This document shows positions 1-9,263 of a stretch of DNA of 58,484 nucleotides, in pieces. Position 1 is the first letter of the stretch. The number at the start of each line of letters is the position of its first letter. The stretch spans positions 1 through 58,484 of the forward strand of contig WOYT01000100.1 of the NCBI GenBank assembly GCA_011620695.1, written 5' to 3'. Position numbers and translations under genes: made by a program. This stretch comes from Proteiniphilum sp. Its GTDB lineage: Bacteria; Bacteroidota; Bacteroidia; Bacteroidales; Dysgonomonadaceae. The notes beneath the pieces are model-generated. The model saw only the letters and a program-made list of their open reading frames with translations. It had not been told where the DNA came from and ran no database searches.

Positions 1-63
1 ACCCTCGATCTCTCCGATCCGGCAGCTTTTAAAGCTACCATTGCAAGTGCTTTGCTGAGATAG
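1..63 (+). CDS. 3' end of an upstream gene, possibly a SusE/SusF-like surface glycan-binding lipoprotein (partial)
   Basis: Frame 1 reads TLDLSDPAAFKATIASALLR* to TAG at 61-63 and is followed by a terminator. The 'TLDLS.P' beta-strand ending and the position in an alpha-glucan locus resemble SusE/F C-termini, but only 20 aa are visible. Confidence 0.35.
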   Translation, partial: TLDLSDPAAFKATIASALLR

Positions 64-72
64 ACCTCTGTT

Positions 73-103
73 AAAAAGCGCGGTGAACATACCGCGCTTT
101 TTT
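73..103 (+). terminator. Intrinsic terminator
   Basis: AAAAAGCGCGGT-gaacat-ACCGCGCTTTTTT perfect hairpin with a T-run. Confidence 0.85.
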
Positions 104-131
104 CACCTCTTTTTCCAATCAGACCGTGACA

Positions 132-1166
132 ATGAAAACCCTTTATGCGATTCTCCTCACCACCCTGCTGCTCCTGCCCTCCTGCAGCCACAACAGGGAA
201 GAGGTGGTCACTGATTCACACTTTGCGCGCGGGGCCGATATCAGCTGGCTGCCGCAGATGGAAGCAAGCGGTTACATCTTTCGCAACGACAATGGTGAGC
301 CGGAGGAATGTTTCAAGATCCTGAAGGATCACGGCATCAATGCCATCCGGCTCCGTACCTGGGTGAACCCGTCCGATGACCCCCATAGCGGTCACTGCAG
401 CGCTGCTGAGACGATCGATATGGCCAGGCGGGCAAAGGAATGGGGCATGCGGGTAATGATCAACTTCCACTACAGCGATAGCTGGGCCGACCCGGGCAAG
501 CAACACAAACCCAAGGCTTGGGAGGGAATGGAATTCGATGAACTGAAAGAAACCCTCTACCAATACACCCACGGGGTGATGAGCACCCTGAAAGATATCG
601 GCGTTACCCCGGAATGGGTACAGATCGGTAACGAGATTACCAACGGCATGCTCCATCCCGAAGGGCATACCGACAACTGGCCGCAGTTGGTGCAGCTGAT
701 CAACCGGGGCTACGATGCCGTTAAGGAGGTGAGTCCCTCCAGCAAGGTGATGCTCCATGTGGACCAGGGGAACAACAACGACCGTTTCCGCTGGTGGTTC
801 GACAACGCCACCCAACAGGGTGCGAAGTATGATGTGATCGGCATGTCGTTCTACCCCTACTGGCTGGAAGGAAAACCCGATTACAGCCTGATCATCGACG
901 ACCTGGGCAACAACCTGCAGGACATGGCTTCCCGTTACGGCAAGGAGGTGATGGTGGTGGAGGTGGGCGGCATCGACGTACTGCCGGATAACACCTATGA
1001 TATGCTGCGGGCAGTGATCAAAAAAGTGAAGGAGGTTCCTTCTGAGAAAGGTCTGGGCGTCTTTTACTGGGAACCACAGGGTGCCCGTTCATGGAGCCAT
1101 TATATACTGAGCGCCTGGGGCGATGACGGTCGTCCCACCAAGGCGATGGATGCCTTCCTTGACTGA
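132..1166 (+). CDS. GH53 arabinogalactan endo-beta-1,4-galactanase, lipoprotein
   Basis: Motifs GADISW, RLRTWVNP, FHYSDSWADPGKQ, QIGNEI (acid/base E), VVEVG (nucleophile E) and GVFYWEP; lipobox LLPSC. ATG at 132 is preferred over GTG at 126. Confidence 0.9.
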   Translation: MKTLYAILLTTLLLLPSCSHNREEVVTDSHFARGADISWLPQMEASGYIFRNDNGEPEECFKILKDHGINAIRLRTWVNPSDDPHSGHCSAAETIDMARRAKEWGMRVMINFHYSDSWADPGKQHKPKAWEGMEFDELKETLYQYTHGVMSTLKDIGVTPEWVQIGNEITNGMLHPEGHTDNWPQLVQLINRGYDAVKEVSPSSKVMLHVDQGNNNDRFRWWFDNATQQGAKYDVIGMSFYPYWLEGKPDYSLIIDDLGNNLQDMASRYGKEVMVVEVGGIDVLPDNTYDMLRAVIKKVKEVPSEKGLGVFYWEPQGARSWSHYILSAWGDDGRPTKAMDAFLD

Positions 1167-1242
1167 CAGTCAAAATAAACCGGATGATGCTCCCAAAGGG
1201 GAGAACTGCATCATCCATCAAACGAAAAAGAACAATCCAGAA

Positions 1243-3075
1243 ATGAAAAAATATCTTCTCCTCTCTCTTTTACTCACAGCCTCAATCCTCACGGCAAGTG
1301 GTGAAACACCCCGCGTGGAACCCGCTTTCTGGTGGAGCGGCATGGCAGAAACCGAACTGCAACTGATGGTCAGCGGCGACAGGATTGCCGACTATACCCC
1401 TGCCATCACATCTGAAAAGATATCGATCAAGGAGGTGGTGACGCTCCCGAACCGCAACTACCTGCTGATCTACCTCGATCTTACCGGAGCTGTTCCGGAG
1501 ACTTTCGATCTGCTCTTCACCAGTGGCAGTAAAAAGATCTCCGTTCCCTATGAGTTGAAGGAACGGAACCCGGAACGGATGGCGATCGAAAGCTTTGGCC
1601 CGTCGGACGTGCTCTACCTGATTATGCCCGACCGGTTTGCCAACGGCGATCCTTCGAACGACCAGATTCCGATGCGCACCCGCTACAAGGTGGATCGCAA
1701 CAATCCCAATGCCCGCCACGGCGGTGACCTGAAGGGTATCGCGGACAGGCTGGACTACCTCTCAGACCTGGGTGTGACCGCCATCTGGCTCAACCCGGTG
1801 CTGGAGAACGACATGGAGGGAGGATCCTACCACGGTTACGCCACCACCGACTACTACCGGGTGGATCCCCGCTTCGGCAGCAACGAGGAGTATGTGCAGC
1901 TGATCGAGGATGCACATAAGAAAGGGATGAAGGTGGTGATGGACATGATCTTCAACCATTGCGGCAGCGACCACCCATGGATGAGGGAGGTGCCCTCCCC
2001 CGACTGGTTCAACAACCTGGAGGAGTATGTACAGACATCGCACATGAAGGAGATGTACTTCGATCCCTATGCATCGGAGTATGACAAGAGCAGGATGGTG
2101 GACGGCTGGTTCGTGCCCACCATGCCCGACCTGAACCAACGCAACCGCCACGTGGCGAAATACCTCATCCAGAACAGTATCTGGTGGATCGAATATGCCG
2201 GTGTGGATGGTATCCGACAGGATACCTACCCCTATGCCGATTACGAGATGATGGTGGACTGGATTGAGGCGGTGGAGAAGGAGTATCCCAACTACAATAT
2301 TGTGGGAGAAGCATGGCTCAACAACCCCATCGGAACATCCTTCTGGCAGAAAGACAGTCCCCTGAATCCCCGCAATACACAGCTGAAAACGGTGATGGAT
2401 TTCCGTTTCATGGGCCTTTCGCATTACGCCTTCTTCGAAGAGACCACCGAATGGAACGGTGGATTGCACGGTATCTACGACCATATGACCTACGACTTTA
2501 TCTATCCCGACATCTACAACGTGTTGCGCTTCCTCGATAACCACGATACCGACCGCTTTCTGAAAAAATATCCGGAGGAGCTCTCCGGCTGGAAGCAGGC
2601 GATCACCTTCCTGCTCACCATGCCCGGCACGCCGCAACTCTACTACGGCACGGAACTGCTGATGCACGGCAACAAGAGCCACAGCGACGGTGACATCCGC
2701 AGGGATGTACCCGGTGGCTGGCCCGGTGATAAAACAAACCAGTTCACGTCTGAAGGGCGCGACGAGATGCAGAATGAGGCATTCGACTTCCTCAGCAAGC
2801 TGCTGCACTGGCGGCAGGAGAACGAGGTGATTGCCCGCGGCGGGATGAAGCACTATGTCCTCCAGAAAGGTGTGTATGTTTACGAGCGCTTCCTGGGTGA
2901 TGAAAAGGTGCTGGTATTCATGAACGGCACCTCGAACGAGGTGACAGTAAACCTTGACCGTTATGCGGAGTCTGTACAGGGATTGCGCAGTGCGAGGGAT
3001 TTTCTTACCGGCAAAACCGTTTCTCTGGATGAAACGCTGACCCTTTCTCCCAAAGAGGTGCTGCTGTTGGAATAA
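1243..3075 (+). CDS. susA: GH13 neopullulanase/cyclomaltodextrinase (SusA-like), Sec signal peptide
   Basis: Motifs RVEPAFWW, YLIMPDRFANGD, HGGDLKG, YHGYATTD, DMIFNH, GIRQDT, VGEAW and FLDNHD. The start MKKYLLL at 1243 gives a signal peptide; the track's 1123 start overlaps GH53. Confidence 0.88.
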   Translation: MKKYLLLSLLLTASILTASGETPRVEPAFWWSGMAETELQLMVSGDRIADYTPAITSEKISIKEVVTLPNRNYLLIYLDLTGAVPETFDLLFTSGSKKISVPYELKERNPERMAIESFGPSDVLYLIMPDRFANGDPSNDQIPMRTRYKVDRNNPNARHGGDLKGIADRLDYLSDLGVTAIWLNPVLENDMEGGSYHGYATTDYYRVDPRFGSNEEYVQLIEDAHKKGMKVVMDMIFNHCGSDHPWMREVPSPDWFNNLEEYVQTSHMKEMYFDPYASEYDKSRMVDGWFVPTMPDLNQRNRHVAKYLIQNSIWWIEYAGVDGIRQDTYPYADYEMMVDWIEAVEKEYPNYNIVGEAWLNNPIGTSFWQKDSPLNPRNTQLKTVMDFRFMGLSHYAFFEETTEWNGGLHGIYDHMTYDFIYPDIYNVLRFLDNHDTDRFLKKYPEELSGWKQAITFLLTMPGTPQLYYGTELLMHGNKSHSDGDIRRDVPGGWPGDKTNQFTSEGRDEMQNEAFDFLSKLLHWRQENEVIARGGMKHYVLQKGVYVYERFLGDEKVLVFMNGTSNEVTVNLDRYAESVQGLRSARDFLTGKTVSLDETLTLSPKEVLLLE

Positions 3076-3125
3076 GTTATTCAGTTGCTCCTGATTCGTT
3101 CTATAATGTTACAAAGCCAAACACA

Positions 3126-5477
3126 ATGAAAGATCCCATAAAAAGTTTTCTCTACCTCCTGCTGCTCCTCTTCGCCCTCTCCTGCGGCGATGACCCGGTG
3201 GTGACACCGGAGCCGGAACCCAAGCCGGAGCCGGAACTACCGGTCACCATCAAAGAGGGAATTTCCTGGAGCCCCGAATCACCCGATGCCGACAAGGAGC
3301 TGACCATCTGGTTCAAGGCTGCTTCAAACTCCGCGCTGTACAACTACACCGGTGAGGTCTATATCCACATCGGCGTGGTGAGCGAGGGCACCTGGAAATA
3401 TGTTCCGGCAGCGTGGGATGAGAACATTGCCAAATGTAAAATGACCAAAGTGGAGGGCGAACAGAGAACCTGGAGCATCAAGCTCTCACCCTCCATCCGC
3501 CAATGGTTTGGTTCCGGCGAGACACCGGTCAACAAGATCGGCATCGTGATCCGGAGTGCCGACGGCACGATGAAGGGACTTGAAAACGACGTCTTTATTG
3601 AAAACATCACCGATAGCAAATACAAACCATTCCAACCGGGAGCAATCAAGACAGGGACCATGCCTGCCGGGCTGCAGCAGGGCATCAACATTGTGGATAA
3701 CAGCACCGTGACACTGGTCCTGTACGACAAGGATAAGTATGGCGCACGGAAGGATTTTGCCCATGTGGTGGGCGACTTCAACAACTGGACGCTGAGCAAC
3801 GACGACAAATCGCAGATGATCCGCGACGATGCCGCCGGCTGCTGGTGGATCACCCTCAGCGGTCTCGACCCGGCGAAAGAGTATGCCTTCCAGTACTACC
3901 TGGGCAACACAGGCCAGGATCCCATCCGCGTGGCCGACCCCTACGCCCGCAAGGTGCTGGATCCGGAAAACGACAAACAGATCTCTGCTGCCACCTATCC
4001 GGAGAACATGACCTACCCTGAGAGAGCGATTGGGATGGTTTCTGTTTTCAGGATTCAGCAAGAGACATTTAACTGGCAGATCACCGATTTCCAGGTGCCG
4101 TCGCGTGACAACCTGGTGATCTATGAATTGCTGCTGCGCGACTTCACAGAGAGCGGTGACATCAACGGGGTGATGACGAAGCTGGATCACCTGCAGTCGC
4201 TCGGCGTGAATGCCATCGAGCTGATGCCGGTGCAGGAGTTCGACGGCAACGACAGCTGGGGATACAACCCTGCCTTCTTCTTTGCCATGGACAAAGCTTA
4301 TGGAACAGACAAAATGTACAAGGAGTTTATTGATGCCTGCCACCAGCGGGGCATTGCGGTGATTCTTGACGTGGTTTACAACCACGCCACCGGAGCCAAC
4401 CCCTTTGCCAAAATGTGGTGGAATGCTGCAACCAATAAAACAGCCGGTAACAACCCCTATTTCAATGTGGATGCACCCCATCCTTACTCCGTCTTTCACG
4501 ATTTTAATCATGAAGCAGATTTGGTGCGTGACTTTGTAAAACGCAACCTGAAGTTCCTGCTGGAGGAGTACCACATCGACGGCTTCCGGTTCGATCTCAC
4601 CAAGGGTTTCACGCAACGCTCTTCAACCGAGTCAACCGCAAGCAATTACGACGCTTCGCGCATTGCGATTCTGAAAGATTACAACAATGCCATTAAAGCA
4701 GAGAAACCGGATGCACTGGTGATCCTCGAACATTTCGCTGAAGAATCGGAAGAAAAGGAGTTGGGTGATGCAGGAATGATGGTGTGGCATAAGCTGAATA
4801 ATGAGTATTGTCAAACTGCAATGGGCTATAAGGAAGGATCGGATCTTTCAAACAACTATTATTGGATTTCTACCTATCCGACCCACATTCAAGTCAGTTA
4901 TATGGAGAGCCACGACGAGGAACGGGCTGCTTACAAGCAGACACAATGGGGCAACGGAATTTTAAAAACCGACCTGGGAGCGCGAATGTCACAACTGGGA
5001 ACAAATGCCGCCTTCTTTTTCACCGTACCGGGGCCGAAGATGGTGTGGCAGTTCGGTGAGCTGGGATATGATGTTTCTATCGATGAAAACGGTCGCACAG
5101 GACGCAAACCTATTAAATGGGACTATTACACTGTTCCGGAGCGCAAGCAGCTCTATGACACCTACGCAGCGCTCATTGGTCTGCGACGCGATCATCCCGA
5201 GCTGTTCAACGCCACCGCCACGCTCAACTGGAAAGTGACCCCCTCATTCTGGGAGCAAGGTCGTTTTCTCACCCTCTCTTCGTTTGGCAATGCAAAGAAG
5301 GTGGTGGTGGTGGGTAATTTCACCAATGCACCCATCACCGCGGCGACAACATTCCCGGAACTGGGTGACTGGCACAACTACCTCAACCCTGCGGAGAAGA
5401 TCACGGTTCACTCCCAGACCATGCCCGTCAGCGTGCCGGCCAACAGCTTCCGGATCTTTTACAAATTTCCCCAATAG
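3126..5477 (+). CDS. GH13 alpha-amylase/pullulanase-type lipoprotein with N-terminal beta-sandwich/CBM48-like domains
   Basis: Lipobox FALSC, PEPEPKPEPE linker, and motifs VVGDFNNW, ADPYAR, IYELLLRDF, IELMPV, SWGYNP, DVVYNH, DGFRFDL, ILEH and YMESHDEER. Confidence 0.85.
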   Translation: MKDPIKSFLYLLLLLFALSCGDDPVVTPEPEPKPEPELPVTIKEGISWSPESPDADKELTIWFKAASNSALYNYTGEVYIHIGVVSEGTWKYVPAAWDENIAKCKMTKVEGEQRTWSIKLSPSIRQWFGSGETPVNKIGIVIRSADGTMKGLENDVFIENITDSKYKPFQPGAIKTGTMPAGLQQGINIVDNSTVTLVLYDKDKYGARKDFAHVVGDFNNWTLSNDDKSQMIRDDAAGCWWITLSGLDPAKEYAFQYYLGNTGQDPIRVADPYARKVLDPENDKQISAATYPENMTYPERAIGMVSVFRIQQETFNWQITDFQVPSRDNLVIYELLLRDFTESGDINGVMTKLDHLQSLGVNAIELMPVQEFDGNDSWGYNPAFFFAMDKAYGTDKMYKEFIDACHQRGIAVILDVVYNHATGANPFAKMWWNAATNKTAGNNPYFNVDAPHPYSVFHDFNHEADLVRDFVKRNLKFLLEEYHIDGFRFDLTKGFTQRSSTESTASNYDASRIAILKDYNNAIKAEKPDALVILEHFAEESEEKELGDAGMMVWHKLNNEYCQTAMGYKEGSDLSNNYYWISTYPTHIQVSYMESHDEERAAYKQTQWGNGILKTDLGARMSQLGTNAAFFFTVPGPKMVWQFGELGYDVSIDENGRTGRKPIKWDYYTVPERKQLYDTYAALIGLRRDHPELFNATATLNWKVTPSFWEQGRFLTLSSFGNAKKVVVVGNFTNAPITAATTFPELGDWHNYLNPAEKITVHSQTMPVSVPANSFRIFYKFPQ

Positions 5478-5508
5478 AAACGTATCTGCTTCTCTCTTAC
5501 ACTATGGG

Positions 5509-5544
5509 AAGAGGGAATGTCAGCTCGGACATTCCCTCTTTTTT
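5509..5544 (+). terminator. Intrinsic terminator
   Basis: AAGAGGGAATGTC-agctcg-GACATTCCCTCTT-TTTT. Confidence 0.85.
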
Positions 5545-5623
5545 CGGAGAAAAAGCTGAAAGGATAAACATAATCGATCATCCCGGTGTTTAGAGTTGTA
5601 ACCACAGTAACGACAACAACAAA

Positions 5624-6130
5624 ATGAAATCTATCGCAATTATTTACGGTTCCAGCACCGAAAACACCAAGAGAGCCGCGGAGAAGATCGCGGAAAAGAT
5701 GGCTGACTACGCCCCCACCCTGGTCGATATCTACGACGGGGATGAACAACCCTTCCTCACGCACGATGTGTTGATCATGGGTGTCTCCACCTGGGGGGTA
5801 CAGGATCTGCAGGACGACTGGAACGATTTTTACCCCAAGCTGGAAAATCTGGATCTCACCGGTAAGACCGTTGCCATCTTCGGCATGGGTGATGCCTCCA
5901 TCTACCCCAGCTCATTCGTGGATGCCATCGGTATCCTCTATGAGATCGTGAAAGAGAAAGGAGCTACGGTCGTGGGACAGGTATCACCCGAGGGGTATGA
6001 TTTTGAATATTCCCGTGCGCTGGTAGATGGACTGTTCGTGGGGTTGCCACTCGACGACGATACCGAGCCGGAGCTGACAGACGAAAGAATCAATGCCTGG
6101 GTAGAACAGCTAAAACCCTACCTGCAATAA
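5624..6130 (+). CDS. fldA: Flavodoxin (long chain)
   Basis: IYGSSTENT FMN-phosphate loop, STWG, LQDDW, FGMGD, FVGLPLD and ERI..WV. Confidence 0.92.
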   Translation: MKSIAIIYGSSTENTKRAAEKIAEKMADYAPTLVDIYDGDEQPFLTHDVLIMGVSTWGVQDLQDDWNDFYPKLENLDLTGKTVAIFGMGDASIYPSSFVDAIGILYEIVKEKGATVVGQVSPEGYDFEYSRALVDGLFVGLPLDDDTEPELTDERINAWVEQLKPYLQ

Positions 6131-6141
6131 AGAGCATCACG

Positions 6142-6172
6142 AAACCCGGACAGACGTTGCCCGGGTTTTTTT
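6142..6172 (+). terminator. Intrinsic terminator between the convergent flavodoxin and GH13 genes
   Basis: AAACCCGG-11 nt-CCGGGTTTTTTT. Confidence 0.7.
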
Positions 6173-6206
6173 GTCAAATTAACGAACCTGCTTGCTTCTG
6201 CACCTA

Positions 6207-7562
6207 TCACTTGTAATAGATCCTGTATTCCCACGGTTGGAGCTGCATTGTTTTGGCAGCATCTGCCTCCTCCCCGTCAGGAAAGAGACGATAACCGTCA
6301 CCCGGCACAGGCTGTTCGAAGGTTACATCAACGCTCTCATCGCTGAGGTTGAGCAGAGCAACCACCTCATCCCCTTCATTCATCCGGCGGAAGGACCATA
6401 CCGACGCCGGCCGGTCATTCGCAATCTCGCTCATCACACCGCTGCGATCGGGTGCCAGCAACGCCTTCTGTTCCTGCTTGAAGCGATTCAGACCGCCATA
6501 GAAAGAGCTGAAATCATCCGGGTCGCTCCAATCAATCTCATCTTTTTCAAAGAAAGCCAGCCTCCGGTTGAAGCCGACCTCCTGACCACTGTAGATCAGC
6601 GGCATTCCCGGCAGCATGTATGTGAGCACGGCAAAGCTGCGTGCCGCCTCCCCCATCCGTTCAAACTCGGTACCGTTCCAGGAGTTCTCATCATGGTTGG
6701 AGGTGAAGAACATCGGAATGGCGTGTGGTGCAAAACGATCGCTCATCCGGGCGAACGATGCCCGCAGTGAATCCACATTCTCCACGCCCTGTGCCACCGC
6801 GTTCATCCGGTGATGGAAATCCCAGGCATAAAAGGCATCGAACAGCGACTCGTTCAACTCCGGTTTCTCCGCCTCGGCAAGCAGAAAGATATCCGGGTTC
6901 AAGGCAGTAAGGGAGTCTTTGGCTGCACTCCAGAAATCGGTTGGTATCTCACCGGCAACGTCACAACGAAAGCCGTCAACACCGGTCTCACGGATCCAGT
7001 ACATCATTGCATCAATCATCGCGGCACGCATCTCCGGCTTGCTGTAATCGAGCTGGGCGATATCGGTCCAGTCGTACATCACGCTCAGCTCACCCAGGCT
7101 GTCCCGCACATACCAGTCGGGATGGGCTCCCACCCACACCGCATCGCGCGAAGTATGGTTGGCCACCCAGTCGAGGATCACTTTCATCCCCTGCCTGTGC
7201 GCCTGATCTACCACTGCCCGGAAATCATCCAATGTACCAAACTCACTGTTGACCGCGGTGTAATTGCTGATGGAGTAGTAGCTCCCGAGGGTGCCCTTCC
7301 GGTCTTTTTCTCCGATCGGCTGAATGGGCATAAACCAGAGGATATCGACACCCAGTTCACCGAGACGGGGCAGGTGCTGTGCAAAGGCAGTGAAAGTACC
7401 TTCCGGGGTGTACTGTCGCGTATTGACCTCATAGAGCACCGCATCATAGACCCATTCGGGCCGGACATTTTCATCCGCAGTTGCCGGTACTGCTTCTCTG
7501 TTTTTGTTTCCGCACGACACCAACAGGGTGACGAGCAGGAAGCAGCGTAGAATTTTCTTCAT
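6207..7562 (-). CDS. GH13 alpha-amylase family lipoprotein
   Basis: Lipobox LLVSC and motifs YEVNTRQ, LWFMPI, GSYYS, DWVANH, DGFRCDVA, LAEAE and SNHDENSW. Confidence 0.88.
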   Translation of the reverse strand: MKKILRCFLLVTLLVSCGNKNREAVPATADENVRPEWVYDAVLYEVNTRQYTPEGTFTAFAQHLPRLGELGVDILWFMPIQPIGEKDRKGTLGSYYSISNYTAVNSEFGTLDDFRAVVDQAHRQGMKVILDWVANHTSRDAVWVGAHPDWYVRDSLGELSVMYDWTDIAQLDYSKPEMRAAMIDAMMYWIRETGVDGFRCDVAGEIPTDFWSAAKDSLTALNPDIFLLAEAEKPELNESLFDAFYAWDFHHRMNAVAQGVENVDSLRASFARMSDRFAPHAIPMFFTSNHDENSWNGTEFERMGEAARSFAVLTYMLPGMPLIYSGQEVGFNRRLAFFEKDEIDWSDPDDFSSFYGGLNRFKQEQKALLAPDRSGVMSEIANDRPASVWSFRRMNEGDEVVALLNLSDESVDVTFEQPVPGDGYRLFPDGEEADAAKTMQLQPWEYRIYYK

Positions 7563-7577
7563 ATTTTTTTGAATTGT

Positions 7578-9113
7578 TCAGTTGTTCTTTTTCTGCAGTT
7601 TGTAAACATCGTCTCTATCCTGCACCAGGAAGACACTCAGGGCGCCCAGGATCAGCGAGCAACCGGCAAGCACCAGGGTGAGGATCACCCGTCCCCCGAA
7701 CAGCTCACTGGTGATGTAGCCCAGGATGCTGGCAGCCAGGATCTGTGGGATGACGATGAAGAAATTGAAGATCCCCATGTAGGTGCCCATCTTATCTGCC
7801 GGCAGCGAGCCGGTAAGAATGGCATAAGGCATGGAGAGGATGCTCCCCCAGGCAAAGCCCACACCCACCATGGGAAGGAGCAGCAACTGCGGTTCACGAA
7901 TGAAGAAGAGAGAGATAAATGCTACGCCCCCAAGCGAGAGCGCGATGGCATGGGTCGCCTTGCGTCCAATCTGTCGTGCCAGTGCGGGCAACAGGAAAGC
8001 ACTGATGGCTGAGACCGCATTGTAAACGGCGAAGAGTACCCCTACCCAGTTGGCACCCTGGTTGTAAAGCTCACTGCTGGAGTCGGTGGTACCGTACACA
8101 TGCTGTGTGATGGCGGGTGTGGTATAGATCCACATGGCGTAAAAGGCAAGCCAGGAGAAGAACTGCACCACCGCCAGCTGCCCCATGGTTTTGGGCATAT
8201 GAAGCAGGTCATTCATGATCGCCACCATACCGTTTGCCCTGGATGAGTGTTTGGTAATCACACCGGAGAGCAGCAGGATGATGCCAAAAACCATCAACAA
8301 CCCTCCCACGATATAGAGCTGTCCGTTTTGTTCCCCGAGAGAGGATATGTAGATCAACAACGTGGCAGCAGCTCCCACCAGGGTCCATATGAGACCGTTG
8401 CGCAGAAACTGACCGGAGGTGATCGCTGTTTTTGGAACGTTCTTCACCCCACTCATCTTTTCTTTCTCCTCCTCAAAGGCAGCCAGCTCCTCCGGCGAAT
8501 ACTCCTTTGAGGTGAGCACCGTGTAGAGCACTGAGAGGAAGAGCACCACACCGCCAATATAGAAAGAGAACTTCACCGACAGCGGGATCATCCCCTCCGC
8601 TGCCGTGTTGGGTACACGGAACCAGTTGGTAAGGATATAAGGCAACGCCGAAGCCACCACGGCCCCGGTTCCGATAAAAAAGCTTTGCATGGCAAATCCC
8701 ATTGTCCGCTGTTCGGAAGGAAGATTGTCACCGACAAATGCCCTGAAAGGCTCCATGGAGATGTTGATGGAGGCATCCATGATCCAGAGCATGCCGGCAG
8801 CGATCCACAGGGAGGGGGAATTCGGCATAAAGAACAGTGCCAGCGTGGTAAGGAGGGCTCCGACCATGAAATAGGGCCGGCGGCGCCCAAAGCGGGTCCA
8901 GGTGCTATCGCTCAGGTGACCGATGATCGGTTGAATGATCAGGCCGGTGATGGGTGCGGCAATCCAGAGGATGGGGATATCCTCCACCCGTGCACCCAGG
9001 GTCTCAAAAATACGGCTTACATTGGCATTCTGGAGGGCAAAACCAAACTGAATACCCAGAAACCCGAAACTCATGTTCCAGATCTCCCAAAAGGAAAGGT
9101 GTCTCTTCTTCAT
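7578..9113 (-). CDS. MFS sugar transporter (SLC45/maltose-sucrose type)
   Basis: Motifs WNMSFGFLGIQFG, QPIIG..SD, GRRRPY, DASINISMEPFRA and MGIFNFFIVIPQ; about 12 or more hydrophobic helices. Confidence 0.9.
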   Translation of the reverse strand: MKKRHLSFWEIWNMSFGFLGIQFGFALQNANVSRIFETLGARVEDIPILWIAAPITGLIIQPIIGHLSDSTWTRFGRRRPYFMVGALLTTLALFFMPNSPSLWIAAGMLWIMDASINISMEPFRAFVGDNLPSEQRTMGFAMQSFFIGTGAVVASALPYILTNWFRVPNTAAEGMIPLSVKFSFYIGGVVLFLSVLYTVLTSKEYSPEELAAFEEEKEKMSGVKNVPKTAITSGQFLRNGLIWTLVGAAATLLIYISSLGEQNGQLYIVGGLLMVFGIILLLSGVITKHSSRANGMVAIMNDLLHMPKTMGQLAVVQFFSWLAFYAMWIYTTPAITQHVYGTTDSSSELYNQGANWVGVLFAVYNAVSAISAFLLPALARQIGRKATHAIALSLGGVAFISLFFIREPQLLLLPMVGVGFAWGSILSMPYAILTGSLPADKMGTYMGIFNFFIVIPQILAASILGYITSELFGGRVILTLVLAGCSLILGALSVFLVQDRDDVYKLQKKNN

Positions 9114-9179
9114 GTGGATGATGCGTTTTGATCTCAGTTGATTTAAGCGTTGAAAAGATTCAAACGTTTATGGAATAGG

Positions 9180-9187
9180 CAAATATA
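9180..9187 (-). promoter_or_regulatory. Bacteroidetes -7 promoter element for the MFS transporter-GH13 unit
   Basis: TATATTTG on the minus strand (TAnnTTTG consensus), about 65 nt upstream of the ATG. Confidence 0.55.
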
Positions 9188-9241
9188 GAGCATATTCCCG
9201 GCCGGGGTGACTTCCTCAGCCGCGAACATTCCTTTTTTTTG

Positions 9242-9255
9242 TGCAATCGTATGCA
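9242..9255. promoter_or_regulatory. Putative LacI-family operator
   Basis: TGCAATCGTATGCA, one mismatch from the LacI-type palindrome TGCAANCGNTTGCA, lying between the LacI gene and the transporter. Confidence 0.5.
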
Positions 9256-9263
9256 TGAGGGAG

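Noticed and set aside
1762-4616. Long antisense ORFs (1762-2853, 3486-4616; likewise 21567-22427, 23393-24403, 27140-28021, 35522-36442, 42543-43403, 53060-53887)
   Set aside because: They are shadow frames opposite well-supported genes with biased codon usage, and show no recognisable motifs
4850-4902. AAC/TAT-rich divergent loop in the GH13 gene, considered as a DGR variable region
   Set aside because: No template repeat or reverse transcriptase in the window, and the position is mid-catalytic domain
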